DNA of 64,000 nucleotides from Sphaerodactylus townsendi (Eukaryota), in assembly GCF_021028975.2 (NCBI RefSeq), contig NC_059428.1, forward strand, positions 558,001-622,000, in the 5' to 3' direction. The notes under the pieces were generated by a model. It did no database searches and had not been told where the DNA came from. It saw only the letters and a program-made list of their open reading frames with translations. Within the stretch, counting starts at the first letter, position 1, and each line of letters opens with the position of its first letter. Made by a program: the position numbers and the translations under genes. This document shows positions 25,550 through 38,469 of this stretch, in pieces.

Positions 25550-26750
25550 GGCTGAGCCCTCTGGCGGGCTCACCCCTGGACCTCAGCCGGGGGCCACAGC
25601 GGCACCCGAGCCCCGCGGGCCAAGCAAGGAGAGAGAGAGCTCGCCAGTCCCCTCTGGAAGCTGCGGCCCCCAGCCGGCTCCGGCTCCCGCCCTGCGCCGG
25701 GGCCTCTCCTTCGCCTCGCAGGCCGCCCGCTGCAACCGGCCCTCCCTGGCGAAGACGGCCGCGGTGGCCCCAGAGCGGCTTGAGAGCCGAGCCCGCGCTC
25801 TCTCAGCGTCGCCCGCTCTGGCCGGCAGCGGCGCCTGTGGGGGCCAAGAGCCTTCCGGGGAGGGCGCCCCAGGCTCCCTCGGCAGCGCCAGCAGCTGCCT
25901 CCTTCTGCCCTTGGAAGCCCACCACGCCCCGGCAGGCAGGCAGGCAGGCAGGCAAGCAGGCAGGCAGGCAGGCCGGCCCCGACCCTGACCCCGCGCCCCC
26001 CCCCCCGCCGCTGGAAGGGGGGCGCAGCTCCTCCGGCCTTACCTGGCCGCCCGGCCCGCTTCCCGTCCAGGCGCTCCGCAGGACCCCGCCGCTCTGGGCA
26101 GCCGCTGCAGGCTGGCACGCGGCGGGGCCGAGGAGCCGCCGGGCAGGAAGGAAGGGGGCGGCCCCGGCCAGCCCTCCAGCCCGTGGGCGCTGGACTTGGC
26201 CGGGCCTTGACCAAGGGAGGGAGGACGCAGCCCAACACAGCCGCGCCAACCGCTGCAGGCCCCTCCTGCTCCTCTGGGCTGGCCCTCTGCACGTGCTCAG
26301 AGGCTGCACCGATGCTGGTTCCCCAGGCCGGCGGCGTCTGCGGCAAGAAGAGCCCCCCCTCCCCCCCCGTTCGAGCTGCCCAAAGAGGCTGAGCTAAGCC
26401 GGCGCGGTTGGTGCCTCCCCCCACCCCCACCCCCACCCCCCCCGCCACGGGCATTTAGGAAAGGGGGAAGTCCTTAAGCCCCGCCAGACCCCCTTGCCCC
26501 CTTCCCGAGAGGCCTCTCTCTGCCCGAGCGCCAGGGCCAGGGTGGGTTCGGGGCCCCGGACTGTGCGTGGGGGCCGAGGTAGAGAGGGCAGGGCAGGGCA
26601 GGGGCGGGGCATCAGTGACCATCCGCCTCAGGACTCGCCCCCCACAACGCTCGCTTGCAGGGCGGCAGCTCGAGCCCACTGGCGGAGGAGGAGGGCAGGA
26701 TTTGGGGGGCTGCTGGGGTGAATCACCCGTGGGAAACCCCTGCCGTGGTG
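25550..26750 (-). promoter_or_regulatory. CpG island; probable PRX promoter and non-coding first exon (donor CAG|GTAAGG at 26043/26042)
   Basis: CpG-dense, strong minus-strand donor, first island upstream of the PRX coding exons. Confidence 0.55.
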
Positions 26751-27649
26751 CAAGGCCTCTCATGGACCGACATTACATGCACATTGGACCCCCCCCCCCC
26801 TTCTGCTTCCCCTGAGCTGCCTGCCTTGCCTCAGTAGGCGAAGGGCTGCCTGTGCGCTGGCGGCATTCAGAGGTCAAGGCGTGCTGGGCGCGGGCGGGGG
26901 GGGGGGGGGGGGGGCTGAGTCCTGGGCTTCCCGCTTCTGCTTCCTTCTGTCCAGTTCCCCCTTACCAGCTCTGGCCCTCAGGGACCTGAAGACGACCCCG
27001 AACACCCTTGCGAGGCGGTCACACATCCTCCCCTGCGGTTGGGGCTGCTCCTCCCAGTGCAGAGGCTCTGCAGGGCAGCTTCCTTGGCAAGCAGGGCTGG
27101 GGACCCACCATGCATGTGCTCGCCAGGCATGAAAAGGGAAAATCCAGCCAGCAGGATTAGTGCAAACCTCCTCTCAGCAGTTTGGCCAGCCTCTGAAAGC
27201 CCCCTGCCATTGTTCTCCTGGGGAGCGGGATGGGCCCGGCTGGCAGAAACAAAGGCCGGCCGGCCGCCCCTTTGACTCTGCACTGGTGGCCCGCCAGGCC
27301 CGGCTGCCTGCTCAGACCTGTTTGTTTGGGGGAGAAGCTTCCCCCCCAAATGGCCTTGGCTTTGGGAAGAGCGCTCCATCTCAGGCAGCCCCAGTGCAAA
27401 GAGCGCTCCATCTCAGGCAGCCCCAGTGCACCTGACGATGTGGAAGAGACTTCGGGTCCACCTACTAGGGCTCTCTGCCTCCCTCCCCTGCGTGCAGAAG
27501 ACAAAAGGGTATCTGATGAAGCGTTAGGATGGGGCCTGACATCAATGCGGGGGCAGAGGGGCCAGGACTCACACCTGCCTGCGGGGGGGGGGGGGGAGCT
27601 GTCTTCACCTCTGATTTGCCAATGTACCTTTCCTTTTCTTTGATGCTTG

Positions 27650-28566
27650 CAACTGTAGCCGAAATAGACGCAACCCTAGCACCAACCCAGCTGGACACAC
27701 GATCGCTGCGCTGTCCTTGAGATGCTCGACTCCTAAACATTCTCCTTTCCGCTGCAACTTTCCCACATTCCATGAGAACTGGGGGGGTGGATTCTGGTGG
27801 GAAAACCTTGGGGATAATTGTAACTGTTTTACTATAGCCCACCAGGACTGGCTGTGTCAAGCCAGGTGCCAGCTGTGTTCAGTAAAGACTTCTGATCAAG
27901 TATCCAGAGCCTGTTTATTGACTTCAGTCTGAGACCTTCTATGACAGCAGTAATGCCCGGTGGCTCCAGAGTGGGCCTGGGATATGGAGGTCCAGTTTTG
28001 AGCTGCTCCTCTTCCAGGCCCTGCCTTGTCCTGCCAGCTCCCCCTCCACAAATCGGTCTCCCTTGCAGGTGTGCCACGAAGGTTGTGTGCACATGAAGTT
28101 CCAACAAGTTGCTTTTGCCTCATGGTGACCCAATCAGTGAACGTTCAACCACCGGGGGGGGGGGGGGGGTTACTAGTAAGCCAGACGCTAGATAGGGACC
28201 TAGGGATTGACACCTTTACTCTATCATGCTGGCTCTATCCCTTAGACTGATAGGGAGTTCCTTCCTTCTGGCTCACTCTCTTTCTTGCTCTCAAACCTTC
28301 TGCAGCACCATGTGCTTAGAGAGGATGGATGCTAAGTGCATCCACCCCCATCCAGCTAGATTAGATTAGAATAGTGAACCTATCTACCTACCTTTCTATC
28401 CAGAATGGAGTTCACTAATAAACACTCTTTTTATTAGATTAGAAACTACAACTGACTCCCAACTTTGTGCCAAAGCTCACGTGCATGTTCGGAATATGCT
28501 TTCCTGCACCTCAACGCACTCTGCTCGTTGTGCAAAGGTATAATCTCTATGAGGAGATTATCCAAC
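27650..28566 (+). mobile_element. Possible solo-LTR-like insertion (boundaries uncertain)
   Basis: Compositional shift, CCAAT at ~28130, AATAAA at ~28417, ends in ..CCAACA; no convincing TSD. Confidence 0.3.
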
Positions 28567-30377
28567 AACAGCCTCGTTCAAGCCTTTCAGGCTGAGGGCC
28601 GACGTGGCTTCCTTGATGGACTCCGCTCTCTCCTGTGGGGTCTTCCACCTGTTGTGCTGCCTTCAACTTCCCCATGGACTCTGGCCCCCTCTTCCTGTGT
28701 GCAAAGTGCAGTGACCTCCATTTAGTCATTTTTAACTTCTAGGGAAAGTTCAGACTTGATTTGATCTAGAATCCACTGATGGTGTGTGGGGGGGGTGGGG
28801 GGGGTGGGGGTGTTAGTAGTCCACAGGATCTGTAAAACTCTCCTCAAGTTCCATATTTCAATCTACTTTCTTCCTGTCAGCTTTCTTCGTTGCTCAACTT
28901 CCACACTTGTACTTGGGGACAGGGAATACAATGGCTTGAATTAACTTGATCTTTGTTAGCCAGGGACACATTCTTACACTTAAGAATCTCCTTACTGCAG
29001 CTACAGAAAATGATGCGGAGGGCAAGCGCTAAAATTGCATCCCCCCCCCCGCCCCCGCTTCATTCCACTGCCCCAGGGGAGTTCAGGCAGGGGGAGGAAA
29101 GAAAACACGGAATTAAGCAAGCCAGAGGGAGCTGAGTAGAAGGAAAGAAAGAAACAGCGCAGCTTTTCCCAGCCACCCACAGAATGGTCTCGGGTCACAC
29201 TCCCCATCTGTGCCATAGAGGCTGGGCAGGGTCTCCTTCAGCTTTCCCCGATGCTGCATCACACTGAGAAGCATCTTTTGGATTCTGGGTAGAGCTGAGC
29301 ATGTCATGCAGGTCTGAGGGGACGCAGCTGTCATGACCCTCACCAAAGGAAGCTCGGGTCCTGCCATGCTGTTTGCAAGAGTTCCTGCTCACGCTTTCGG
29401 CCTTATCAAGTCAAGAATGTTATCTGCCTTTTGGAATGCGTGTGTCTGAGTGAACAGCTCTCCTTCCCTCCCACCTCCCAGCCCCCAGTCCTTTTCTTTC
29501 CTCTCACTTGAGGGGGGAGAAGGGGAAACTGCTGGGAACATATAATCTGTATCTTGCAAAGACCTGGCCAGTTCAGACAATGAAGTTACTATCCAATGCT
29601 TGCTGTCAATCAAACAATAATTTTATTCCTAAAGTACTGGTTCCTGTTATTCAAGCAAGACTGGGGTGCTTGACAGCAGCTACCATTCTGCATGCATCCT
29701 ACAGAGCGCCCAGGACTCCGCCCCCCACTCCACCTACTCACCCATTCAAGCATCTGTGGGTGCATCCAGTGTGTGAGGGAGCTGCTGGTGCTGGATGAGC
29801 CTGCAGCTGCCCCTACCCTGAACAGAGCCCTCCCCAGGCCATGCATCCGTGGAGGCACAGTGAGGAGCTGGCCAGTGGTTTTGGAGACAGGCGGAGGCAG
29901 CCCCTCGAAATCAAGCCTGTGATGTCCTCGGTATTGCCTCTGTTAGGGGAAGGGAGAGGGGTGGAGGGTTGGGGGGGGGAGAACAGGGGAAGGTTCTGGC
30001 AAAGAGTGGCAGCTTGCTTGAGGATGCACCTGGCACCCCTCCCACAGTTGTCAGAAGGGGCACCATCAAGCAACAACCTTACTAGGGACTGTGCTTGCCC
30101 CCACCTACTGGAAGAGTCACGAACTTTCTGATTGGGGGATCAGTAGTCAGGCATCAAAGGCCCCAGCACTCCCATGGGGGTGGGGAGGGTGGTGGTGTAA
30201 GGTTGTGGTGAGTGTGTCCGTTTCGACCTTGAGAGGTTCCCGCCGGAGGTTTCTGGCTTTCTGCCTGGGAAGGGGAATTTTGCTGCTAGTGTGTGTGAAA
30301 CTCTGCTTTGTTTACACTGTCTTGGCAGGAACCTGATTTGACACTCTGTAATAGCTGTTGACCAAGATCTGTAGCTC

Positions 30378-30610
30378 CTGAAGGGGGTGGATTTAAAAGG
30401 AGAATCTGGGGAAATTTGAGAGGTGCCTGCTGTCAGAGGTGCAATTGTTATTAGACTAGCAGCACACCAAACTTTTAGGGTATCTTTAAGAGACTCTTGT
30501 AATGATACTACCCAGGTTTGGTGAGGTTTGGTGCAGGGGGTCCAAAGTTATGGACTCCCAAAGGGGGTGCCCCCGATCCCCCCCATTAAAAATCTATACC
30601 TATGTCCCTG
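30378..30610. mobile_element. Fragment of the non-autonomous hAT family seen at 57253-58838 (one TIR)
   Basis: Shares gggggtggatttaaaaggagaatct..ccaaagttatggac and ends TACCTATGTCCCTG. Confidence 0.7.
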
Positions 30611-31358
30611 GCTCCGCTTCCATTCCCAGCAAGGAGACTGGCTGCCTCCTCGTAGGGAAGGGGAGGGGCCGCCTCTGGAGCTCCATGCAAGGGCGCCCCG
30701 CTTCCATTCCCAGCGAGGATGTTACCCATGGATTCCCAGAAATCCATTTTCCTATGGTATATGCCTGGCTAAGCCTTAAATAGAGATATATGGTGTGGTA
30801 ATCAAGATACAGTCCATGAGACTTCCCGCCTTAGTTATCTGGAGTAACTCAATCAGTGTTTTAATTCTGCCAGCAGGCATTTCTGCACTTGGTCTGTTTT
30901 TGGTTTGGACTTCTGCTACGCACACACACAAATATGAGAGTTGGCATCTGCCAGTACGTATTGCAGGAATAATATTGCCCAACAACCCTGGCCCAGTGGT
31001 CAGTTAGTAGAAGAGAACTAACTCTACCAGGACAAGCCTCTAAAAAAAAAGAGACTCTTCCTCTCTCAAGCTCCTTGGAAAACAACAATGGCAGATCCCT
31101 CCAAACTGGTCAGGGGGGCTGCATTCCCAGCTGGACCCAGCCCTTGTCCTTGGCATTGCTCCACAGAAGATGTGGGGAGGCTCCCAGCGGCTCTTATGGA
31201 GGCTGCTGCTGGGTTGATTCCACCACTTGCCACAGCTTCACTAACCCAAGGCTGAGACCCACCCCCGAAAGGGGGTTCTGAGGACCAGAGAACATCGTTC
31301 ATCCAGGGACCAGCCCAGACAGAGATTCCCATGCTTGGGGTGTGCTGTGTCTGGGTAC

Positions 31359-32072
31359 TCACAACCCCTCAGTTCCCACAAGCACATCGAGGAAGTAGTC
31401 CAAGTCAGCAAAGTCCTGCCTGCCCACCTCGGAGTTTGCTACCAGAGAGCAGAGCCTCTCCTTGCTGCACAGGGAGCCATGAGATCACTGCATCATAGAT
31501 GGAGAGATGTTAGATGTCCTCAGAGAAGATACCATCCAGGCTCTCCTGTAGCAGGGTCTGCCCAGGGCCCATGAGCTCCAGAGGGGCCAGGCATGGCGGG
31601 GCCGTCTGTCCAGATTCTGGGCTCGGCTTGCCAAGCAGGCTATCTGCAGCCTGGACCATGGCTGGCCACAGGGGGTCACCGAAACCCTTCCCGCTGGTCT
31701 TGGGAGTCCTTCCAAGGATGGAGAAGACAGAGAGGCACATCCCATGCTGGAGGCTTGCAGGGAGCTGATCCACAGGACTGAGTGAGGGTGGCAGCACAGG
31801 AGGCTCCCAGCAAGGCCCCTGGCCAGGGCCAGGCAGAGAACCGCTGTCATCCAGCCACGCCTCCACACACAGCCCTTGCTGCCGCACGGAGAGAGAGGCC
31901 AGCTCCATCTCATCTTGCACGCGTCTGAGTGTGTTGGCCACCAGGACCAGGTGTCGAAGGTCGGGCTCCCCTCGCTGCAGGCTCCAGTGCTGAAGAGGGG
32001 GCTGGAGGGCACCGCAGGGGCAGGGTCCATCTCCTCCTCAGTTCGCTTACGCTTCTGGCCTTTGCCCAGCAT
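31359..32072 (-). CDS. SERTAD1: SERTA domain-containing protein 1, single coding exon, disrupted by several frameshifts in this assembly
   Basis: MLGKGQKRKR..; EPDLRHLVLVANTLRRVQ; LDGIFSEDI; C-terminus DLDYFLDVLVGTEGL*; acceptor ccccag|aaagATG; synteny. Confidence 0.88.
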
Positions 32073-32399
32073 CTTTCTGGGGGGAGGAAGAGGACGGGCA
32101 ATATAGTCAGAATGCCCCCAGACATGTGACTGCTGCAGAATGGCACAGCTGGGGACAGGGAGCAATAGCTTGCTGCCTCTCTGTGCCTGGGAAACATCAC
32201 AACACACAACTGGCACTCAGAAGCTCAGTTCACAAAATGCATCCTCCCCCCCCCCCCCCCACACACACCATCTGGCTGGGGATCTCATTCCATAGTTGGG
32301 ATGCTGCTATGTTTGTGGGTTTATGGGTCATTCACCCCCCACCCCATCAAGCAAGGGAAGGGTTTCCTGCAGGTTGCCTAGCAACTGGGGGGGGGGGGG

Positions 32400-33850
32400 C
32401 TTTCAGTTTTCGCTTCTGCCCAGAAAAGCGGCGCCCAAAGAAGTTCCCGTGGAGCGGAGAAGTTCTAAGGAGGACCAGGATAGAGCGCCTGGAGCACGGG
32501 GCGGAAACCAGCGGGGGCTCCCTCCCCCGGCGCTGAGGTGCCTTGAGCGAAATGCGCCGCCAAAGGCTGTTCCTCCTCCTCCTCCCGCCGCACTGGCTGG
32601 AGCGGGACCAGGGCGGCGGCGGCAGCGGCGGGAAGCAGGTGGCTCAGACTGATAGGGCACTGGCACTGACAGGGCGGCGGCGGCGGCTGCGGGATTCAGA
32701 CATTCAATTCCGTGGGGTGGAAGAAAGGCTGCTGCTGCTGCTGCCTCCCCCAGGCCCCGCGCGGAGATGCTCAGAATGCTGCTCCGTTCATTCCCTTCCT
32801 GTTCACCTCCGCCCCGTCCGTGCCAAGGCCTCGGGTGGGATTCAGTGCACCGCCCAGCCCCTCTCTCTTCGACGGCCGGCCGGCCGACCGGCCGGCGGCG
32901 GAACCGGAACTCATGCAGCCTCCTCCTCCTTTCCCCTGCCCTGCCCTGGGTGGCCGGCTGGCCGGGGTCGCTGGGGTGACCAGCACCGGACTCCGCTCCT
33001 GGCACCCACGTGGCCCGCCGGACAGACCCCACCCCGCCGGCCCTGGCTTTACATACCCGGCTCCTCAGGGGCCAATCAGCGTGTCTTGGGACGCGGCACC
33101 CAGCCAATCGGGAGCCAGCATGCCTACATCTGCGTGTTCGGATCGATTCTTCCAGTTCCTGCTGCCGAAGCGCGCCGACATTCGCCCGGCGAGGGCGGAG
33201 ACAGCCAATCGCGGAGGTCGCCCAGACAGCTCATCTCCACAGAGCGAGCGGATGGGAGGGACTCCAGTGTCATCGAGTGGGAAGGCGAAAGGAAGGGTCG
33301 GGCGGAGCAAACACGACAGGCCACGCCTTGCCTGGCACCGATTGGCTGATCCGCGCGGTCCCCTACCTGCTCCCAGGTTGCGCGCAGTGAGGAGGCCGAA
33401 GGGAGCACCGGTGCTCTTTCGCTCCCCCCCCCCCCCCCACCCCCCGTCGCGGTGCGAAGCAGCCAAGACTTGAGCATCCCTCGCCTTGAACGGGCCTGGG
33501 CGCCCACCGAGGGCAACAGAGGGAGGTCGCGCCGCCGTCCTCCCCACCACTGCGCGCAGAAGAACTGCAGGCGGCCGGGCGTGGCTTCATCGCGAGCCCC
33601 GCTCTGCAGAGGCTGGAAGAGACGCCGCTCCCTCCCTCCCTGACCCTTCCCAGGTCCCTCTGCCGGAGATAGGACCCCTTCCTTCTGCCCCACTTTCCTC
33701 TGGCGGTCCGACGTGCCTGGGGGAAGGGAAGCCGTTTGCACCAACAGGCTTCCGTACGAGCCTTGGTCCGGGCTATGCCCACAGGAGTGAGCCCAAAAGG
33801 CATCCCCCCCCCCATTCCGGTAGCTGTCTGGCGTGGGGGGCGTAGTCCCC
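32400..33850 (-). promoter_or_regulatory. SERTAD1 CpG-island promoter with four CCAAT boxes
   Basis: CCAAT at 33072, 33104 and 33205; ATTGG at 33341; CpG-rich. Confidence 0.7.
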
Positions 33851-35511
33851 TAGAGAGGTCGAAGTGGCCCCATCTCCCGTCATGGACACTTGCTTGGGAA
33901 GGGGCTCAGTTGCGCGTGCCCCTCCCCGAACAGGATGATGCCAGGAGGGCACCATGGACCCCCAAGGCCCCCCTTCTAAAGCAGCCTAGAGGCAGGAAGC
34001 CTCAGTAGCGGACCAGTCCTGGCCAGAGTTGTTGTTTCTCCTGCCAAGTCTTTCTGCCTCTGTTGCTTTCTGCTGCTCCCATCACCAACCCCCTGGGGTA
34101 GCATCTGCCCCTTCTAGGCTGCTGGGCAACATGACCTCTATGGCTTCCATGGCGATAAGAGGGGGGAAAGTGAAGCCAAGATGAGCACCACGAGCCCCAG
34201 TCTTTGGCCCAAAAATGCTGGCTCTCCCAGCTGGCAGAAGGGAAAAGAAACATTTGGACAGAATAAAGGCCACACCATCCCTCTTTACGTACCTGACACC
34301 CACCAGCTGTTTGCCCTCAGCCCAGACTGACATTCTGAGGGGAAAAGACCTCTTTTTTTGTCGCTTGGGTTGTGACCAGAGTCCAACCTATGAGGGCAAA
34401 TAGCTTCCTGCTTGCCACATGTTCTGTCAGTGCCTTGATTCCACCTCATTCCACTGAGACATCTCCCACCCCAAGATACACCCTGGACAGGACCCCCTCC
34501 CCCAGCTTCCTCTGGCAGGTAGGCAGGCTCAGGCCAGACCCTGCACTTACAGGAATCCCTTGACCCAGCCTTCTATCTATGGAGAGGCAGAGCGGGTGAC
34601 AGACAAGGCTTTCAGGGGCCTAACAACCAGATCCCACTCCCAGGGTGACATCTCTTCAGATGTCATGGAGAGTGAGAGTCTGGGGGACGGAGGGTGCCAG
34701 TCTGAGGTGGTGGAAGATCCCTGGGGGAAAAGCCGACAGGAGCTGAGGTGACTTCGGTTCAGAATACAGTATCTATAGGGATGCAGACAGAGGAGGAGGT
34801 TTTTCAAAATCAACCACATACAAGCGTGGAACATAGCAATGTGCATGTGACAAGGGATAGTGTCTAAAAAGAGCTAGAGGGCAAAGCACATAAATCCCAG
34901 GTGAGGGTCAGAGACAGGATATACAGGTGTCTCTATGCCCATAGTAGGAGCCTTTGATCTAAAATGGGGGAGCTGGAGTACAGAGTTTTGAAGGAGTACA
35001 TTAATATAGTGGGCATCACAGAGACATGGTGGAATAGAGGGAGAAGCCAGTGGGATGCTGTTATCCCAGGAGTTACACAGGCTCTGCACTTTCTCAGGAG
35101 GAAGGATAGGACCAGGGTATTGTGGACGGGGTTGCCCTCTATGTCAAAGAGAGCATAGTGTCACATAAAATAGACAAGGTAAGGGGAGCTGATTCCCCTA
35201 CAGAAGTACTGTGAGCTCCCAAAGGCACCTGGTGGGCCACTGCGAGTAGCAGAGAGCTGGACTAGATGGACTTTGGTCTGATCCAGCTGGCTTGTTCTTA
35301 TGTTCTTATCAATACCAGGTGTGAAGGGTAGTCTAATATTAGGAATATATTATCATCCCCCTGACCAAAGGGCACAAGAGGATTCTTAGATGGAAAAAGA
35401 AATTAGAGAGGCCAACAAAAGCAAAAACGTAGTGGTAATGGGTGATTTAAACTATCCCCACACAAAATGGAAAAATGCATGTTCAGGTCATAGTAAGGAG
35501 AGAGCATTCTT

Positions 35512-36022
35512 GGGCCATTTCCTCATGGCCACGCTGCGGGGTTGCGTTGGCATAAACGACAACAATGCACCCCCCAGGACCATTCACACGGACAGTCCTG
35601 GTAGGGGTGGGGAAGACAGCACAGCCTGCGCAGAGGCTGCGCCGTCCGCTGAACGCCTCACCGTTCCTTCCGGCCTGTCGCACAGGCCAGAGGACACCCC
35701 CCCCCCCGCCCTGCGTGACAGCTCTGGAGTCACAGGGCAGGGAGGGCATGTCCCCTGGCCTGTGCAATGCATCGGAAGGCCGGAGGGGACAGTAAGGTGT
35801 TCGGGAAAGGGGGGAGGGAATGGCGCCTTCCACTGCCGTTCGCACGGCAGCGGTTGGAAGACGCTGCTTCCGAAAAACCTGTTTGAAAGCAGCGTCTTCA
35901 TGCCACGGGAGAGAGGGAGGAGCAAGAGGCGGCACTGCTGGGCGCATGCAGCAGCACTTTCCACATCACAAACAAGCTCCCTAAGGATTCGGCGTTTATG
36001 GCCCATGCGAGGAAAGGAGCCA
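35512..36022. mobile_element. GC-rich MITE inserted in CR1, PIF/Harbinger-like (tentative)
   Basis: Interrupts CR1 cattcctggatatgc; imperfect TIRs GCCATTTCCTCATGG / CCATGCGAGGAAAGGAGC; possible 3-bp TSD TGG. Confidence 0.5.
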
Positions 36023-37058
36023 TGGGTATGCTAAAATGACTGTAGCTTAGGGAACAGAGGGTTGTAGAACCCAACCAGGGGAGAAGGTGATCCTAGATCT
36101 AATTCTAAGTGGGACCCAGGACCTGAGTACAGGAAGTCAGGGTGCTGCTGAGCTGATAGGAAACATGCCACCATTCTAATGCTGTCAGATTCAGTATCTC
36201 TGCATCTTGAACTAAGTGACAACTATTAATGTAGTTACATTCACCTTCAGAAGGGGAAATTTCTCAAAGATGAGGGGAATAGTGTGCAGGAAGCCGAAAG
36301 GAGAAAATCAAGAAAGTCAAAACTGTCCAAGATGCTTGAAGGTTATTTAAAAACACAGTAATAAAAGCTCAGCTGGAATGTCTTCCACAGGTTAGGAAAA
36401 GAAGCACCCAGTCCAAAAGAAAGCCACCATGGTTAACAAGAGAGGTTGAGGAAATTATCAGAAAAAAGAAGATGACTTTTAGAAAATGGAGAGTCTAGCT
36501 CGAGGCCTGGAGTGAAGAATATGAGAGGGAACACAAATGGTGGCAAAAGAGAAGCAAATTAACTGTAAAGGAGGCAAAAAAGGATTATGAGGAACACATG
36601 GCTGCGAACATCAAGACCAGCAACAAACAGTTCTTCAAGTACATCAAAAGCAGGAAGCCAGCTAGGGAAGCGGTAGGCCCATTAGATGACGAAGGAACAA
36701 AAAGGTGTGCTAAAGGAGGACAGGGAGATTGCAGAGAAGCTGAATGAATTCTTTGCATCTGTCTTCACCCTAGAGGTGAGGAAAATTCCTGCACCTGAAC
36801 CAGGCTTCTTAGGAGGTGAATCCGAGGAACTAGCCAAGATAGTGGTAGACAAGGAAGAAGTTCTGGCAGCCATTGATAAACTAAATGCTACCAAACCCCC
36901 TGGCCCAGATTGCATTCATCCAAGAGTTCTTAAAGAGCCCAAGCATGAAATTGCTGACCTTCTCACTTTAATATGCAACTTATCCCTGAAATCAGGCTCC
37001 ATCCCTGAAGAATGGAAGATGGCCAATGTCACACCAATCTTTAAGAAAGGGTCTAGGG

Positions 37059-37185
37059 CCGTGGTGGCGAACCTTTGGCACTCCAGATGTTATGGACTAC
37101 AATTCCCATCAGCCCCTACCAGAATGGCCAGTTGATGGGAATTGTAGTCCATAACATCTGGAGTGCCAAAGGTTCGCCACCACTG
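37059..37185. mobile_element. Palindromic hAT (Charlie-like) MITE, 127 bp
   Basis: ~50-bp inverted arms starting C(A/C)GTGGTGGCGAAC; perfect 8-bp TSD GTCTAGGG at 37051-37058 and 37186-37193. Confidence 0.9.
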
Positions 37186-37513
37186 GTCTAGGGGGGACCC
37201 AGGAAATTACAGGCCAATCTGTTTGACATCTGTTCCGGGTAAATTTGTCGAATCTATCATTAAAGATAAAATTATAAAACATGTAGAAAAGCAAGACCTG
37301 CTGAGAAAGAGTCAGCATGGCTTTTGCAGAGGCAAATCCTGTCTTACAAACTTACTAGAGTTCTTTGAGGGTGTAAACAGGCATGTGAATAAGGGGGAAC
37401 CAGTGGACATTGTCTACTTGGATTTCCAAAAGGTTTTTTGACAAAGTTCCTCACCAGAAACTGTTGAGAAAACTCAGCAATCAAGGAATAAGAGGGGAAG
37501 TCTTCCTATAGAT

Positions 37514-37563
37514 CAGTGGTGGCGAACCTTTGGCACTCCAGATGTTAAGGACTACAATTCCCA
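37514..37563. mobile_element. Half copy of the same MITE at a CR1 deletion junction
   Basis: CAGTGGTGGCGAACCTTTGGCACTCC.. then CR1 resumes a few hundred bp further along. Confidence 0.75.
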
Positions 37564-38469
37564 CAAAGGATTGCAAAGAGCTCCAAGTGGACCTTGATAA
37601 ATTAGGTGAGTGGGCTCAGAAATGGCAAATGCAGTTCAATGTAGCAAATTGTAAATTAATTCACATAGGGGTAAAAAATCCAAACTTCACATACAAGCTA
37701 TCAGTCACAGACCAGGAAAGGGATTTGGGCGTCTTAGTTGATAGTTCCATGGGAATGTCAACTCAATGCATGGCAGCTGAGCAAAAGGCAAACTCTATGC
37801 TGGGGATGATTAGGAAAGGAATTGAGAATAAAACTGCAAAGATTGTCATGCCTTCATATAAAGCAGTGGTGCGACGGCACTTGGAGTACTGTGTTCAGTT
37901 CTGGTTGCCACATCTCAAAAAGGATATCGAAGAGATAGAAAAAATGCAGAGAAGGGCAACAGCAATGAAGGAATAAGAGGAGAAGTCCTCCTATGGATTA
38001 AAAACTGGTGGTGATGGCCACTAACCTGGATAGCTTTAAAAGAAGCTTGGACAGATTTATGGAGAAGTTGATCTCTGGCTACCAATCTTGATCCTCCTTG
38101 ATCTGAGATTGCAAATGCCTTAGCAGACCAGGTGCTCGGGAGCAGCAGCAGCAGCAGCAGCAGGCCATTGCTTTCACCTCCTGCATGTGAGCGCCCAAAG
38201 GCACCTGGTGGGCCATGGCGAGTAGCAGAGTGCTGGACTAGATGGACTCTGGTCTGATCCAGCAGGCTAGTTCTTATGTTCCACTGCCATCTCACAGCAC
38301 CTGCTGCAGTTGGGCGGTTGGCTGCCAGCTGACTTGGGGCATTTTCAAACTGAATGGAAATTTGTATGAACCCCCCCACTCTGGTGTTTGTGAGATGGCA
38401 GGAAAGCAAAGGTATGCATATCAATGGAAGAGGAAACTTGTGACTGGACCCCATCAGGTAGCTGGAAGG

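Larger units (their letters stand above)
34720..38282 (+). mobile_element. CR1 LINE (endonuclease, RT, 3' tail), decayed, with nested insertions and internal deletions
   Basis: IVGITETWW, VVMGDLNYP, PGPDCIHPRVLKE, PGNYRPICLTS, QHGFCRGKSCLTNL, YLDFQK; tail GTTCTTATGTT. Confidence 0.93.

Noticed and set aside
25468-26454. ~300-aa ORFs on both strands
   Set aside because: CpG island and (GCAG)n artefacts
27367-27430. Perfect 32-bp direct repeat resembling a CRISPR repeat
   Set aside because: Two adjacent copies, no spacer, eukaryotic context; a simple tandem duplication
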